Shown here: positions 37,711-51,600 of the stretch, piece after piece | Position numbering within the stretch: the stretch's first letter is position 1 | How the letters are laid out: every line of letters begins with the position of its first letter | Made by a program: the position numbers and the translations under genes | The notes under the pieces: generated by a model | Told to the model about the DNA's origin: nothing | Database searches by the model: none | The model's input: the letters and a program-made list of their open reading frames with translations, nothing else | Assembly: GCA_025786725.1 (NCBI GenBank) | Contig: JAHLTZ010000024.1 | Span: forward strand, 372,001 to 436,000 | Direction of reading: 5' to 3' | Length of the DNA stretch: 64,000 bases | DNA from: Syncephalis fuscata S228 | Lineage: Eukaryota; Fungi; Zoopagomycota

Positions 37711-39338
37711 ATGACTCGTGCACGACTTTGTAAAAACTCAAAGATAGCTCGAAATTATTTTACTACTCTTTTTACAATGTTGGTATCAGTTATTATTAAT
37801 TTTGTACTTATTACTGGGCTTATTGGCCATGGTGCAGATGTTACTGCACAGCAACTGCCAGCTCCTTCAGCAGAAATAGCGCGGAATATCACAGCGCTTA
37901 TTAATACAACGTTAACAGCACATCCAGAACTTAAACAATTGGCTGGCCCTGCTCGAGAACGTATTATCACGTTTAAAGAGCGACCGGGGGCATCAGATCT
38001 CGAGAAATTTGGTATTGGTTTATTAAAGCTGCCAGAAATGAATATGGTAGTCGGCATGATTCCCGATATCGTCGTTGAACAGCTTGAGAAGCTTGGTATT
38101 GTGGATAGTGTTGCTGAAAGCAAAGAAGTCCGAACCTGGGACGTAGAACAAAAATCGATTACAATGCAGCCGATTACTGCACAATGGGTAGGTAGCTGAT
38201 GTAGTAATAGTAGTTTAAGCAACAGTAATACTAATATAATTTGGTAAAGGGACTTGATCGGATTGATCAAAGAATCTACCGCTTAATAATCGTTTTGACT
38301 ATCCATCGTCGGCTGGAGAAAATGTCGATATCTATGTATTGGACACAGGTATCGATGTTTCTAATGCAGAGTTTGGAGGCCGGGCGCGATGGGGTGGCAC
38401 ATTTATGGAAGGGAAAGAAATCACTGAAATTGACGAAGCTGGGCATGGCACAATGGTTGCCAGTTTAATTGGTGGTCGTAGCTTGGGCGTGGCCAAGGCG
38501 GCAAATATCATTGCTGTTAAAATTCTTAATGAAAAAGGCAGAGGTACAACGGCCGATACGCTGCGGCACTAAGCTGGGTCTGGGCCCAATACGACAGTAA
38601 AAAGTCACCTAGGGGAAAACCATTGTTAAGTAAGTATTATTGTCATCAATCGGCTATATATATATATACATATAGCTGTAGATATTTACATTACTGCAAA
38701 TAGCATGTCCATTGGTAGCAACTACGATAAAGCACTCAATAATGTTGTGGTCGGGCTTATTAAAAAAGGCATTACAGTTATAGTAAGTAATCAATAATTA
38801 CAACAATAGTATACTAATAGCTAATATTTATTATAATTAGGCGGCAGCGGGCAATGGTGATCAGGAAGGTCAAGCCGAGGATAGTTGCTTCTTTTCTCCT
38901 GGTTCAACAGAAGGTGTTATTACCGTTGGCGCCACTGATATAGTCGATAGAGCGGCAAACTTTTCGAATTTTGGCCGATGTGTGAATATTAATGCACCAG
39001 GTGTAGATGTACTGGCTCGTCAGGCAGCGTCAAACTTGAGCGTGACAACTTCTGGCACATCATTTGCAGCACCAATAGTCTCCGGAGTCGTTGCATTGAT
39101 GATGGCGGAGGCGGGCCCGTTGACTCCGGACGAGGTGACTAGACGGCTGCTTAACGGTGCAACACAAGATAGAATCAGCTCTCTGGGCCCAGATACGCCT
39201 AATCGATTGCTATATAGCAATTTAGACTATAGCCCGTATCAAGGCGCTAACAGTGCAACCAAAACTATTAGAGCATATCCGCTTGGCGAACAAATATCAC
39301 TTTTGCTTTGTTCGTATCATTTTTATCTTTTTATGTAA
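37711..39338 (+). CDS. Secreted subtilisin/proteinase K-like serine protease (S8A) with I9 prodomain
   Basis: W|GLDRIDQ, YVLDTG, GHGTMVAS, AAGN and SGTSFAAP (D-H-S triad). Three introns. Hydrophobic N-terminus; start is 37711 or 37777. Confidence 0.93.
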
Positions 39339-39992
39339 TTATTTAACAATAGCACCCATTAACATATATATATATAAATAAAAATAAACTGCACACAAAT
39401 TTATCAATGCAATAGTATAGCATGGTAAATTGCTGATATAAAATTATGATCACAGTTATGACAACTACGCTGATATTTGTGGAGAAAAACATTTAAACAA
39501 CAATATTAAAGCCTTTTAAAACTTGGAACTTACTCTAATAAAAACCAAACGCTTTTTAACAACACAGCATATGCCAGCTACAACAGCAGAATTAGACAAA
39601 CAGCAGCGGAAAGCCAGTACCGCCATAATAGTAAAAAAAACGACAGGATTATGTTTTGACCCAACATAATGATATAAACCATTGAATTCGAAAGATTATG
39701 AAGCTACTTATACAGGTAACCTATGTATTTCTTACATCCATTGATAGCAAACTTTTCTGAAGCTATCATGTCGTATCATATGGCATAATAATTGTAATAT
39801 TTATATAAAAACATTGTAAATAAACTAATGCTACAATTTATTAAACACCTATAAAAAGCAAAAATACATCCATCAATTTCTGCAAGTGTAAAGTTTTAGT
39901 GTAAATGGTACAAGCGACTTGAAATCAATTAAGGCATACTGTAAAACAGCGCTGCAACGACTATGTTACGCTATTTCAATAGATAGCTGTGC

Positions 39993-42191
39993 TTACAAAA
40001 GTGCAATTAGATCATCTAAATCTTGATCGGACCAGCGCTGTAGCGAACGTTCATATAAATCTACGCTGATGGGTGATTTTACTGGCTTTATGCCTATATG
40101 AGCTGCTATACAATCTGCCGGTAGTCGAGCTGCGCGCCTGGTATGTGAAAGAGGAATAGGTGTAGGAAATTTGTATGGATTTAGCTTTTTTTGATTTAAA
40201 GTCATGTTTAGCATTGCTACTGTTGCTTTTACAGGTGCTGACTCTAAACTTGTAATAACAAATGGTTGCACAGTTATGCCAGTGCTTATATTGGGCCATT
40301 GGAGCGAAGGATTAGGAATACGAGGCAGCGGAAGCTTTGATTTGTTTTCAAGCGAAGCACTGCTACCAGTTGTAAATCCGCTTTCTGTTGCACCTTCAAT
40401 TCCGGAGTCTGGACGTGGTGATCCGCTTAGCAAAAACGCCATATCTTGCGGTTTACGATATGATTTATGATTTGGCGATCTACTAATCGCATAAGCCGAG
40501 TCATAGCAAACTGCCCGCTCATATAACGGCCTCGTATTTGCCGTCGACGGAAGACGCTGAGCTGATTGTGATGGCTGCGATTGTGGCGTCGGCTGCGGCT
40601 GCTGGTTATTCGGTTTGGATGTTGGCGTGCCTGCAAGTCCCCAATAATACTTTGATGGCCGTCATCTGTGTCGTCGTCTTTTTTTGTCCGATTTTTGGTA
40701 TTGCCCTCAACTTTTGATAATAGAGTTGCATCTAGTGGACTGGTGTCATATTCTGTAAGATAGATTCGTCCATTGCGATGCACCAATAAAAAATGATAGA
40801 CCCAATAACGTAAAAATGTTCGTACCAACCATCGCAAAGGAAAAATAATGCATTAAACAAAGAAGCTATTTTATCCTTGTTATTCTGCGGAATATAGTTT
40901 CTATTGGCTTGAGTAGGCCGTTCGTAAGTACCGAATGCGTCATCATCCTTGTTTTCTTGCAAGTCCAGATAATAACGTTTAATAAGTTCCAGCCTTACGT
41001 GATACCATCCGGTGCGTACAGTAGGATCCAATAGAAACACCAAGGCATTCAATGAACCTTGACAAGCTGTAGCGATAAAAGAAGCTGCAATAAGTGGAAA
41101 TGAAATGTGCTGCGATACAAAAGAGTCCATTTCTACAGCAACATTAAGTGACTGAGTAAGAACCGGTATAATTGGATAAAGAATTACGCGTGCAACAACC
41201 CGGCTAATAACTTGTGCAGAAGGTGGTGATACTGTTCCTATCGACGAGTTATGGTGGTTGATGCCCAGGCCTACTCCTTGGTGGCTTGGCAGTCCATTTC
41301 GTACTCGTTGTCTTAATCGCTTTCTTTCCATTGCTAGACGCCAACCAACCACGGAAACAGCCCAGGCACAATAGCCAATACTTACAAATAGCCAGATGTA
41401 AAGTGTAAACCAAGCCCACGTTAATCCCGATGACTTATTAACATCAATATACCAACAACTTCGCTGATTACTTTTTGTGAATTAGTTGATGATTTATGGA
41501 TAAATACGCTGTACGGCACTACTTACGGATCATAGCCAAATTTTTGGAAAATAACCGGCGGCAAGGAAATAATCAATGCGGCAGCCATTGGTATTAAAAG
41601 ATACAGCACTTCGTAGGCCGGTGTTGTGCGATGACCACGAAGAAAAATGATGTGAAGATTTAGTGCCACTGCACTTGTTAGAAACACTGACAAAAGTGTA
41701 CAGTGAACGTAGCCCCATGCCGCAAACGTACACCAAAAGGGCTGTGCTGCAGGGTCTTGCAAAAATGTATCCAATAGCTGAAATAACGCGTAAAACGCGT
41801 CTACTGCTGCTAGCAATACTGTAAGTCTTAAAGAGACACGATTGGCATATGCCGGCCTGTAGTGCCGTGCAAACAAGTAGGCAAATACCACACATAAGCT
41901 TAGTATAAGGGAAGCGGTGTTAAGAGGTACAGCGATATAGGACACTATACGCGCCTGAGCTTGAGTAATGCCACGTTCTTCGGTGGTGATTAAAGCATCG
42001 TCTGTAGATGTAGCCGTAGAAATAGGTTGGACATCAGATTCAGTGTCGTTTGAAAGTGCCATGTGACCGCTCACCATAAATACCGATTGAGCAGTAGGTG
42101 GCGCATAGACATTTATAGCAGAAATAGTAAACGTAGAGGCTGAAATAAATGCCAAAATAAAGGCAATTGTGATGGAATTTGTTATAAACAT
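39993..42191 (-). CDS. GPCR, Git3/cAMP-receptor-like, with signal peptide
   Basis: ANRVSLRLT, CTFAAWGY, VALNLHIIF, FGYDP|NQRSCWY (intron 41526-41471), ILYPIIPVLTQ and QGSLNALVFLLDP. Frameshifts in the tail. Confidence 0.88.
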
Positions 42192-44775
42192 GCTGGTGTA
42201 CCACTTACATCAACAACAATTGACGTGGTGTTAGTGTGGTGCTTTTGCTTTGGCTTAAAGCTTCAGCCGACAATACGGCCACAGGCCTTTAACTAAAATC
42301 TATTGACTAGGTAATTAGAGTCACTATGCTATCAATAGACGTATGATATTTGCTATGATAATTAATAAAATGCAAATATGGCGATAGACCGAGTAATGCC
42401 TTAAAGCTGATGGTAAACGGCTAGGTATACTCTAACCAAGCTGAACAGAATGGCAAAGATGGTATTACACTGGTCAATAAAGGTAAGCCAATGCAATAGT
42501 ATCAGGAACAAATAAAAACAATTAGCTGATGATTGTGGGCTAATGAACACTTTGTCAAGTATGAGCGGTAAATTTGTGTGGTCGTTACTTGCTACTATGA
42601 AAACCAGGGGAAAATAGTCGAGATAATCAGGGGAGTGCGTACACATCAAGGAGATATACACGTGTACCTAGAATGGCAACTCAAGGAAAGGGGCAGCAAG
42701 CGCTATTAGTCTGGAAAGACCGCACGCAGCACAATATCTAAAAAGCAATAAAGTTTCTTTTGCTTATAATATTATTTTGGCAATTTTTAATTACTTTTGA
42801 TGGGATACGAGTGAAAATAGTTGTGCTAAGAATTTGAAATGCTGGCAAAGAAAAGACTAAGTTTAAAATGCACCCTGCAAGTATAAACTTGATGTAAATA
42901 GTGAATGGTTCTAGAATGGCGCGAATTGGTTTAGAAACGGTAAGCAAACGACAGGAATTAGAAAGCAGGCTATAATTGCAACTCTAAAATCAAATGCTTA
43001 AACAGGAAAAGGTAAATTATGTTATTAAGCTGAGCCACCGATCATTTGTAGTGCATCAGCCTTGGACCGCGCAATGATGTTCATTCCCAGATTTCTAATC
43101 TGCTGTGCCAATCCCCACCTAAAAGTCTATTATGCAAACGATGCATAGTCTTTGCGCGGAAAGTAATTAACTTTATGTTTGTTGCAACTGGTTCGGTGTG
43201 CAGATCACCCAGTCTGTTTAAATGCTGTCGATCTAAAAAAGTACATAAACGTACCAATAGGAACTGCCCCCCCTTTTGCTTCTGGATCATCGTTAGTGTG
43301 TGAGTGATAATATGCTAATAGTCAAGGTGCTATTACATTTAATGCAAGGATCAACATAACACGAATCGCCGGGTTGTTTAAGGTAGCGGCAAAAACCATT
43401 TAAACCATATTACCAGCAACTTAAATGTTGGTTCAATATGATACAACACTACTCGGCTATTCAATATGTTCCAAGCGCTATTTTTGCACAAAACTATCAA
43501 ACTTTAATGTATAGTGCTTAATAAAATTATTTGTTTAACACCCAATAAATAAGTAATATAATCTACATACATGCTATAAATTAATTATGCACGTTTTTCT
43601 GTCAATGCACCAAAGTATTTAAATACGATTTTATGCTAGCACTTTTATTTTTACCACGTATAAGTAACACAATTCATTAGATTAACATTTGTTTTATTTA
43701 TTCTATTTAAATGAGCATTTCCGATTTTAGTAATTATGTAATTAATTATAACAAACAAATTACTATTCACGTGTCAATTCACAATTCCATAAACTTTAAT
43801 TTACTATTGTTATTTGATATTAATTAATAAAACAGATTTTGCTATTTCCCGCCCATCTTTTAATTTTGTATAAGGTTAAATAGCGTGGCACATCGTCGGC
43901 GATATTGCGTGCACGCTCGGCATTTTAAAAATCGCCATTGTATTTACAATTTGCACGGCAATACGGGGCTCTTTGTGATTTACCAATGTACATTTTGCAG
44001 CTCATATCGCTCTTCATATCACTATGAAAATGGCTCGTGTTTGATCATATGATGATGTTGTAACGTGAATTCTGCAATAAACAATGACTGCAAACTTGTT
44101 TAATCTTTGCTTGTTTTCTATGCCAACTCGTTGAGTCAGTAACAACGCTCAAACCACTTGGCATCGGCTGGATGTTTAAGCATTTCATTTATACTTGTTA
44201 ATTTTTTTATTAAGAGCCTGGTCTTTGTAAACAGCATATTACTATTCTTCTTTTTATTATCGGCTGCCTTGGTAAGCCCCTTGATTCCCGTCTTCAGCTT
44301 AAAAATCCTAGCACGCATCAAACAGCGCACACACACACGTGCCTCCCTTTCTGCTCTTGTGTATAATAGCCTATCTACACATCCGGGTGATTGTTTATGA
44401 TATCAGTTAGTGTTGCATTTGGTAGGCACAGTTTTCAGTCTACTGCATTGCAAAATATCCCATTTTAATAATCAAAACCAATCGCTTAAAATAATCTTTT
44501 ATAAAATACAACGACATACAACTCACATACCCTGCAGTCGCCCCTGGCCTTTGACTGTCACGGCTCTCCTTTAGTATATCCAACGTAATCGGCGTTGGTC
44601 CCTTTCCATTTTCTGTCTAATTCTACTGCGGCTGACGTAGTTTCTTCTTCGCCATCAATTTGCCAGCACTTAACAGAGCCAGTTTGAGGCAATATTTATC
44701 CTTGTTGTTAGATTTTGCAGGCAAACCATTGCAGCACTTGCTGTTTGTTAATGTACTGATTATCAACGGTAAAAT

Positions 44776-47700
44776 ATGACTGACCTTTTGGTAGACCAAT
44801 CTCATCCATCGGAGATCATGGTTAATTCCATGATGAATGAATTGGTCAATGTTACCATTAATGAACCAGTCGGTGGATCCACCCTCTCCAACATATCGTC
44901 GGATTACAAAATCATTAATGGCATTACTAATGCACAAGCAAAATTAGCTGACCAAGTGATTATACCGTTAAATATAGTATCTATTATCGGTGCTTTTGTT
45001 GTCATCTTCTGCATTGTGTATCTTCGTTGGCGCCATCGACGACTTGCCGATCGAGTCTCACTTCGACTCACCTTAGGCATTGCTATTGGTGACGCGCTTT
45101 TTTCGGTATTCCAAGTAATAGGAGCACTTCACAGAAATGGCGACAACTGGTGGTGTGCCATATGTGGCTGGGGATACGTTGAGACAACGTTATTTTCCGT
45201 CTTTCTTACTATGTGCATTGCCTTTAACTTGCACGCCGTATTTGTACATAATGCGCATCCTGGACCGTCCTGGGAGTCCTGGTACTTTGTAGCCGCCATT
45301 GTTGGATCAGTTGGTGCTTCTTTGGCACCGTGGATACTCGGTATTTTTGGCTACGATAGCACAGAACGCACGTGCTGGTTTCGAGGAGTTGGCACGAAAA
45401 ATGTTTTAATTTGGCAGTGGGTCAGTTTGTTCGGCTGGCTTGCTTTGGCCGTTGTCTATTGTGTGATTGCTGTTATTGCTGTAGCATGGAAGTTGGTACG
45501 CGAGCAAGCACTTGCACGAGAAGACGAAGACGAAGAGCAACGACTGAATGAACAATGCCAGCATCGCAGTTTATTACGTCGACAATTATCAAATATTGCA
45601 ATTGACTCGGCACACCTAGATTTAACATTAGATTTGCACTGTAATCCAAATAAGCTGGAAAAAACATCTGCTCGAACATCTGGCCGTTCACCAGTATCAA
45701 CTGTTGCGGATATGCTGGGAGATACATGGCGTCGTGTTGTTGTAGAAGTGTCCGAAGACAGTAATGGCACAAATATTACCATTCCAGTAGATAGAGGTAT
45801 TAATTTTACGCGTATTTATATACAACAATTAAAAATGTATCATTTTATTATAGGTATGGTAGGTACCCGACGAGATACTGGAAGAAATAGTGGGCATTGC
45901 AAAGAACGTTGTAGCAAAAGAAGCTTTAGCAACAATACAAGCCAACAAGATGAAGAAATTGTAGTCGTACAAGTGGCATCATCCGCTCTACGAGTACCAT
46001 CAAGATTTCATTATCGGCATCGCTCACTTGCCTCGGATAATATGACATCTTCGTTATCACATAATGAATGTATAGGTATGGAATACGAGCACCAGCTGAA
46101 GCAAAAGTCGTTGAAAATGCACCAAATGATCCGACGTGCCGCCGGTCGTATTGTTCTATATCCACTTGTGCCAATTCTGACGCAAACACTTACAATTGCG
46201 TCAGAGATAGACACTTACATTAATGGTCGAGTGCGATTTGGACTCTATCTGGCCTCTTATGCAGCAGCTTCCTGTCCTGGCCTATTAAATGCATTAGCCT
46301 TTATAGTATTCGATCCGGCTGTGCACAATATTCTACGCGTTGTGCGAGAGGATCTACTTACACAATATCGCGCACGACGTGATAGCGGCCATCTGGGATG
46401 GAGTGGCCAAGTAGCTCTTTGGGCACTACATGGCGGCCAGGCCGGCGAAGTTGCCGAGGAACGCGCTCGTCGAAGATCTGCACGTTTATCGACGGATTTT
46501 ATGCCATTTGGACTTTACCGAGATGAGCTTGAAGCGGCAGCTGAACGCAGTAGACAAGTTACTGGGACTGCCATAACATCACGTACATCTACAGCATCGG
46601 CACTGTCAAGTAATCCAGATGTCGTAGTGCACACCAGACGAGCAAGTGCAATAAGCGGTGAAACTGCGCAAGTCTACCGGTCATTAGCTCATCGGCGCTA
46701 CCGCTCCTATTCCGGCAGTAGTGCGACAAATGATTCAAGCTCATTTAGTCTCCAACAAGCCCATCGACAAAAGATTGGATTTGGTGTTCCAGTGGCAATT
46801 GTCAATGGCTCTGGACATCGAAAACAAACGAGCTCAGTATCAGCCCAATCTCGCGACCAGCTCATCAAAGGTCCAGTAATGCGTAAATCGTCAGGAAGTA
46901 GCTTAGGAAATACCAGTGCTCAAAGTAAGCCCGAACAAATAATTAGTGAGCCAAGCGCCACACCCGAGGAAGCTAGCAATAATGAAACAGATACCAGCTG
47001 GATTACAACAACATACGGCTCTTCCTCGGGACAGCTACCAACCAGTAGATTCTCATGGCAGCCACCATCGCTAAATGACGCAAACAATCAATGTGCCGAG
47101 GCCGATGCAGAAGTAGAAGCAAGTGAACTTAACGACAAGGTGCCAGCCATGGTCTCGTTTAGTTCTATTTATACTCGGTCACGTCGCGGCTCTCGCATTT
47201 CTCTACCCATGACATCGAGTGCATGGCGTGAAGTTGAACTGGCTTATAGTGACATATTTGCACCACTGTCTGCATCAAGCGTTCCAGTCCATGAAATACT
47301 TCGTCTTGCTCATTTGCACGTTCGTCGCTCAGCTAGCGATGGCAATATTTCAGCCAATATTCCTTCACGCAATAGTAGCTTTCAAATGGATGGCATTGCG
47401 CCTATATACAACGTTTCTCAACAAACAGCCACTACCGCTTCATCATTTAACAGCTCAATGCTTCATGACCAATCGTTATCAAATGCTTATGCTCAAATGG
47501 CCACCGCGGCAGCTGCAGCTACTGTTAGTACACCACAACCGGCTCATTGCCAGAGCACAGACTCGGTCATTATTAATATTAATAATGAGCCGGCCGTTCT
47601 ACCTGGTCATCATCTATTCTCCGATATCTCAACTGTTGACGAAAGCCAATCCAGTCAAAGTCAGTACAGCACTAAAGACATCGACTGGCCCACTTCTAGC

Positions 47701-47880
47701 CTGCACATCGCACCGCCCAACTACAATTCTATTTGTGTGCCGATTGACACAACTACCAACAACAAAAGTGGGTCGACATTAGAGTTTCTTTATTTAGATG
47801 AAGAACATTATCTCGCGCTTAATGACGATGTACAGCCAGTACTTTCTGAAGAAACTTGTGAAATGCTTCGCTTGATGTAA
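44776..47880 (+). CDS. GPCR, Git3/cAMP-receptor-like, with long Ser-rich tail
   Basis: ADRVSLRLT, CAICGWGY, IAFNLHAVF, FGYDSTERTCWF, VLYPLVPILTQ and PGLLNALAFIVFDP. Probable 57-nt in-frame intron at 45797-45853. Confidence 0.9.
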   Translation: MTDLLVDQSHPSEIMVNSMMNELVNVTINEPVGGSTLSNISSDYKIINGITNAQAKLADQVIIPLNIVSIIGAFVVIFCIVYLRWRHRRLADRVSLRLTLGIAIGDALFSVFQVIGALHRNGDNWWCAICGWGYVETTLFSVFLTMCIAFNLHAVFVHNAHPGPSWESWYFVAAIVGSVGASLAPWILGIFGYDSTERTCWFRGVGTKNVLIWQWVSLFGWLALAVVYCVIAVIAVAWKLVREQALAREDEDEEQRLNEQCQHRSLLRRQLSNIAIDSAHLDLTLDLHCNPNKLEKTSARTSGRSPVSTVADMLGDTWRRVVVEVSEDSNGTNITIPVDRGINFTRIYIQQLKMYHFIIGMVGTRRDTGRNSGHCKERCSKRSFSNNTSQQDEEIVVVQVASSALRVPSRFHYRHRSLASDNMTSSLSHNECIGMEYEHQLKQKSLKMHQMIRRAAGRIVLYPLVPILTQTLTIASEIDTYINGRVRFGLYLASYAAASCPGLLNALAFIVFDPAVHNILRVVREDLLTQYRARRDSGHLGWSGQVALWALHGGQAGEVAEERARRRSARLSTDFMPFGLYRDELEAAAERSRQVTGTAITSRTSTASALSSNPDVVVHTRRASAISGETAQVYRSLAHRRYRSYSGSSATNDSSSFSLQQAHRQKIGFGVPVAIVNGSGHRKQTSSVSAQSRDQLIKGPVMRKSSGSSLGNTSAQSKPEQIISEPSATPEEASNNETDTSWITTTYGSSSGQLPTSRFSWQPPSLNDANNQCAEADAEVEASELNDKVPAMVSFSSIYTRSRRGSRISLPMTSSAWREVELAYSDIFAPLSASSVPVHEILRLAHLHVRRSASDGNISANIPSRNSSFQMDGIAPIYNVSQQTATTASSFNSSMLHDQSLSNAYAQMATAAAAATVSTPQPAHCQSTDSVIININNEPAVLPGHHLFSDISTVDESQSSQSQYSTKDIDWPTSSLHIAPPNYNSICVPIDTTTNNKSGSTLEFLYLDEEHYLALNDDVQPVLSEETCEMLRLM

Positions 47881-48154
47881 CCTACGCCATTTTTACTTTT
47901 GTCTTTGCCGCGTTGTTGGTATTCAAATCTCTTTTTTATTTTCTTTATTGCTTCTAGCCTTCACGTCATGACTGCAACTGGCTACTTTATCACTCATACT
48001 GTACATTTCACTTAAACCATCAATACACATAATCTTTTATAAAAACACATAATCATTTCAACATATCGCTATTAATAGCACAAATTATAGTAAATTTTGT
48101 ATAAAATATATTGGTTCTGTGTACACCATTGAGTCGCAAATTATGTTTACTACA

Positions 48155-48503
48155 TCAAGCTCGGTCTTTACCAAGTAGCGAGTTAAGAAATACAATCGCC
48201 ACGACCAACCAGAATAGCATACGTGCTGAGGACTGATAAGCATCACGACTCTGATTCCACCATGGATCCGGCATCTATCAAGATTCAGCGTTAGATTAGT
48301 ATTTTACACGTATTCTGCACGATCTGCATATAATTTGCTTCATAACACACGACGCGTACCTTGAATACGGCTCGACGTCGCTCCTTCTCCTGCCAGCCAT
48401 TTGGAAATATCAGATCACAATCTGCTACTTTAGACGGAATGCGCACGCCATGACTACGAGATATGCTCGTTACTCGGCCGGCAGTATGTGATTGTGAAGC
48501 CAT
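48155..48503 (-). CDS. Small two-exon gene, 87-aa protein with a C-terminal TM helix
   Basis: Exon 1 48503-48360; intron 48359-48275 (GTACGC...CTAATCTAAC...TAG); exon 2 48274-48155 in frame: ...ERRRAVFK|MPDPWWNQSRDAYQSSARMLFWLVVAIVFLNSLLGKDRA*. Confidence 0.75.
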
Positions 48504-48682
48504 ACTATCTGTCGTATGAATGATGTGCTATGTTTGGAGATGCAATAAATGTACAAATTATGAGATCGCGCTCACTATCAGTGTAAATATTAACACAGTT
48601 TATAAATACTTGAAATAAATGGACTTTATTAGATTAATTTCTAGTTTACATACAATTCAATAGTGCCATTCATTATTTACTC

Positions 48683-51600
48683 ATGTTGCCCGCTATTCAA
48701 GAGTGTTTACGCGCTTCTTCTTTACTGAAACTACTATTACGTGCTCCTTTTATACTCGGCGACGACGCTCGCTATCAACGCGTACTAGAATTCCTCATTC
48801 AAGCAACGTGCAGCGCAGACACAAAATGCTTTATCTCAGAACAAGAGCTTATTGAATTTGCCTGTCAAGTAACTAGTTGCCTACTATAGAATAACATGGT
48901 ATGCTTACAGTATATCTAGGGGGTGGACTATGAAAAACATGCACATTTCCGTCTACTGGCACTGACTATAAGGCTAATTGCAAGTTGGATAAATACACGA
49001 CAGAAAGACTTTTTCCAAAAACTTCTTATCCAACATCCCACTGTTATACTGACTACTGTAGAGAATATCAGCCATTCAGATGCATTAGTTCGTATGACAT
49101 GTATAGAGGCTTGGAACGAGTTGATAGTTGCAAATGAATGGGCTCAATCATGGTATGATACTATTTAATACAATGTAAAATACGCTAATAGTATACATAT
49201 AGGTTTGCCTCATCGCATAAAGGGCCATATTTCGTAGCGCATACCTTGGAAGATTCAAGCACTTATGTAAATAAAAGTATTTGTAACCTAGTTAAATACT
49301 AACTTGATGGATTTAATTAGGTCATGATAGATGGATGTCAATTTCTAACCAAAATCTTAATAGCTCCATCAAATCTTTCGCTTGATGTAATACGTGAACA
49401 AATTGTTAATGAACTTGATTTACTTGATGCACTCTCATGTTATTTGTATGATGAAGGAGAAGACGGCGATGCACAGGCACTTGTAGCGTTAGAGTTTCTA
49501 TGGACTATTAATCAAACTAAAAGTCCAAAAGCGTATTTATTTTTACTGGAGTCGCAACTGGTAAGTTTACTTCAATAACTCCATACCGTATATAACAACA
49601 AAAAATACAGTTATTTCGATATAAAAAGTTACTATTACATCCAAGTAAAATGGTACGAACAAAAATAATGGATATTCTAGAACAAGGAATACGTTGGTGG
49701 CCGGAACCACATAGTGTTTTAGGCATAGAAAGTAAGTGGAGTCCATACCTTCTAAACTATATTTATTCGTTGTATAGCATGTTTTGTCACTACTTTTGAC
49801 AATATTAGTGCAAATACATTTTTATTTGGCAAGGAGATACAGGCTGGATTAAAAGGAGAGCACGATGCAATAGATTGGTATGACGCAGCACGACTTGCTA
49901 TGTTAGCTTGTCGGTACTATCAGCCAGTCAGTGGCAGTGAAGATTTATGGCAATGCTTTTATACGGTGTTTTGGCGTTCACTGTCGATAAACATTTCAGA
50001 CACTAATGAAACGAGTAATAGCGTTGTATTTTCGGGACTAAAATCTTATGAATCCTGGCTATCCACTGTGGTGAGCCATGTAAGTACAATAAATGGCCAT
50101 ATTATTATAGTTATGTAATTGATGAAATAGCTATCGGATCGGCAACCAGCACTAGGAGAGCAAAGATGTATTGACTGGGCACTGGCTAAATCATCAGCCA
50201 TTATATGTCAACAATGGATCATGGAATTCACTATACCGCATGAAAAAGTTAGTATAATTAATTAATTAAATTATTCAATATATTGACAGTTTATTTAGCT
50301 AAAAGCCGCATTAAATTGCTTTATAAATACAGCTGTAAAGTCGTTTGATTTAGATCAATATCAAACAACGCAGATTATCGCTCGGTCTATTGCTGCACAT
50401 ATTGAAAAGATTGGTTTAACAGATACACTCAATTATTCGGTAGGTGTATATAAATGAAATTTAGCATTATTAATGTCATTCATAGCTGAACAAGCTTTTG
50501 AATAAACTGTTAGGCGTACAAGCCATAAAGCATCAAAAACTATTATGTGGTCTACAGTGCACCTTCCAGCTATATAAGCATCCATCTATTTTGTTACCGG
50601 TATGGATAATGCTAGTAATACGCTGTGTCATTAATTAATTAATTAATTAAATAATAGTATGTGGACTGTAGAGTAGTAGCATTATGTGCATTAGCGGCCA
50701 TAAGCATGCCGATATACGGGAAATGAGTTTACGCGTTGTGAAGAATATACTAAATGGGGTACATATACATAACAATGATAATAGCTGATTACTAATGCAA
50801 TAAAAAAGATGACAGAGCAACATGCAAAAGCAATAACTGTTGGGACGTGGCAAAACATCGAACAGGCGCTGACTATCGCTCTATCAGATGATGAAACGGC
50901 GGTTATATTGGCTTCTATGGATATTGTTAAGGTAGCGAAATATTAGATTATTATATAGACCATTTGCTAATAGCTGTAATAGACATACACAGTATTGCAC
51001 TATCAGCTACATGGCCATACATGGTCGTTGGTTAAAACTTTACTGCCATCGTTGCTAAGCATCATGAGCCGTCTGTCCGACGATTGGCGCTGTCAACGAC
51101 AATATCTATTTGGCATAATGAGTCATTGACAGCTGATCAAAACAGCATTTTGACTGTTATTACGTAAGTAGTAGTGTCAAAATGATTATCACTACTAAAA
51201 TGATCGAATAGTACAAATGATATAGAATTGTTGATTGGTGACGATGAGTGGGAGACACGATTGATGACATGTCATTTGCTTGAACAACTATGGCAGGCAG
51301 CGTCGAACACCACACCATCCATCCATCAGTTACTATTTTATCGATGGACAGCAGATCAGTGGTTATTGCAAGCAGTCAGTAATTAGAATATCATCTCTAT
51401 ATTTACTAATACTGGCATAGGTAACCGATAATACGCTATCAGTACGGCGTGAGGCTATACGTATTTTACATCAAATAGCACGGCAAATAAACGATGCGGA
51501 GCAAGAAACAATAGTGGACTTGAATAGCATCAGAGTATTAAAGCGGTTAAAAAGCGTCGCTTGCCTATCGATAATGATAATAAAGATGAGGATAGGTAGG

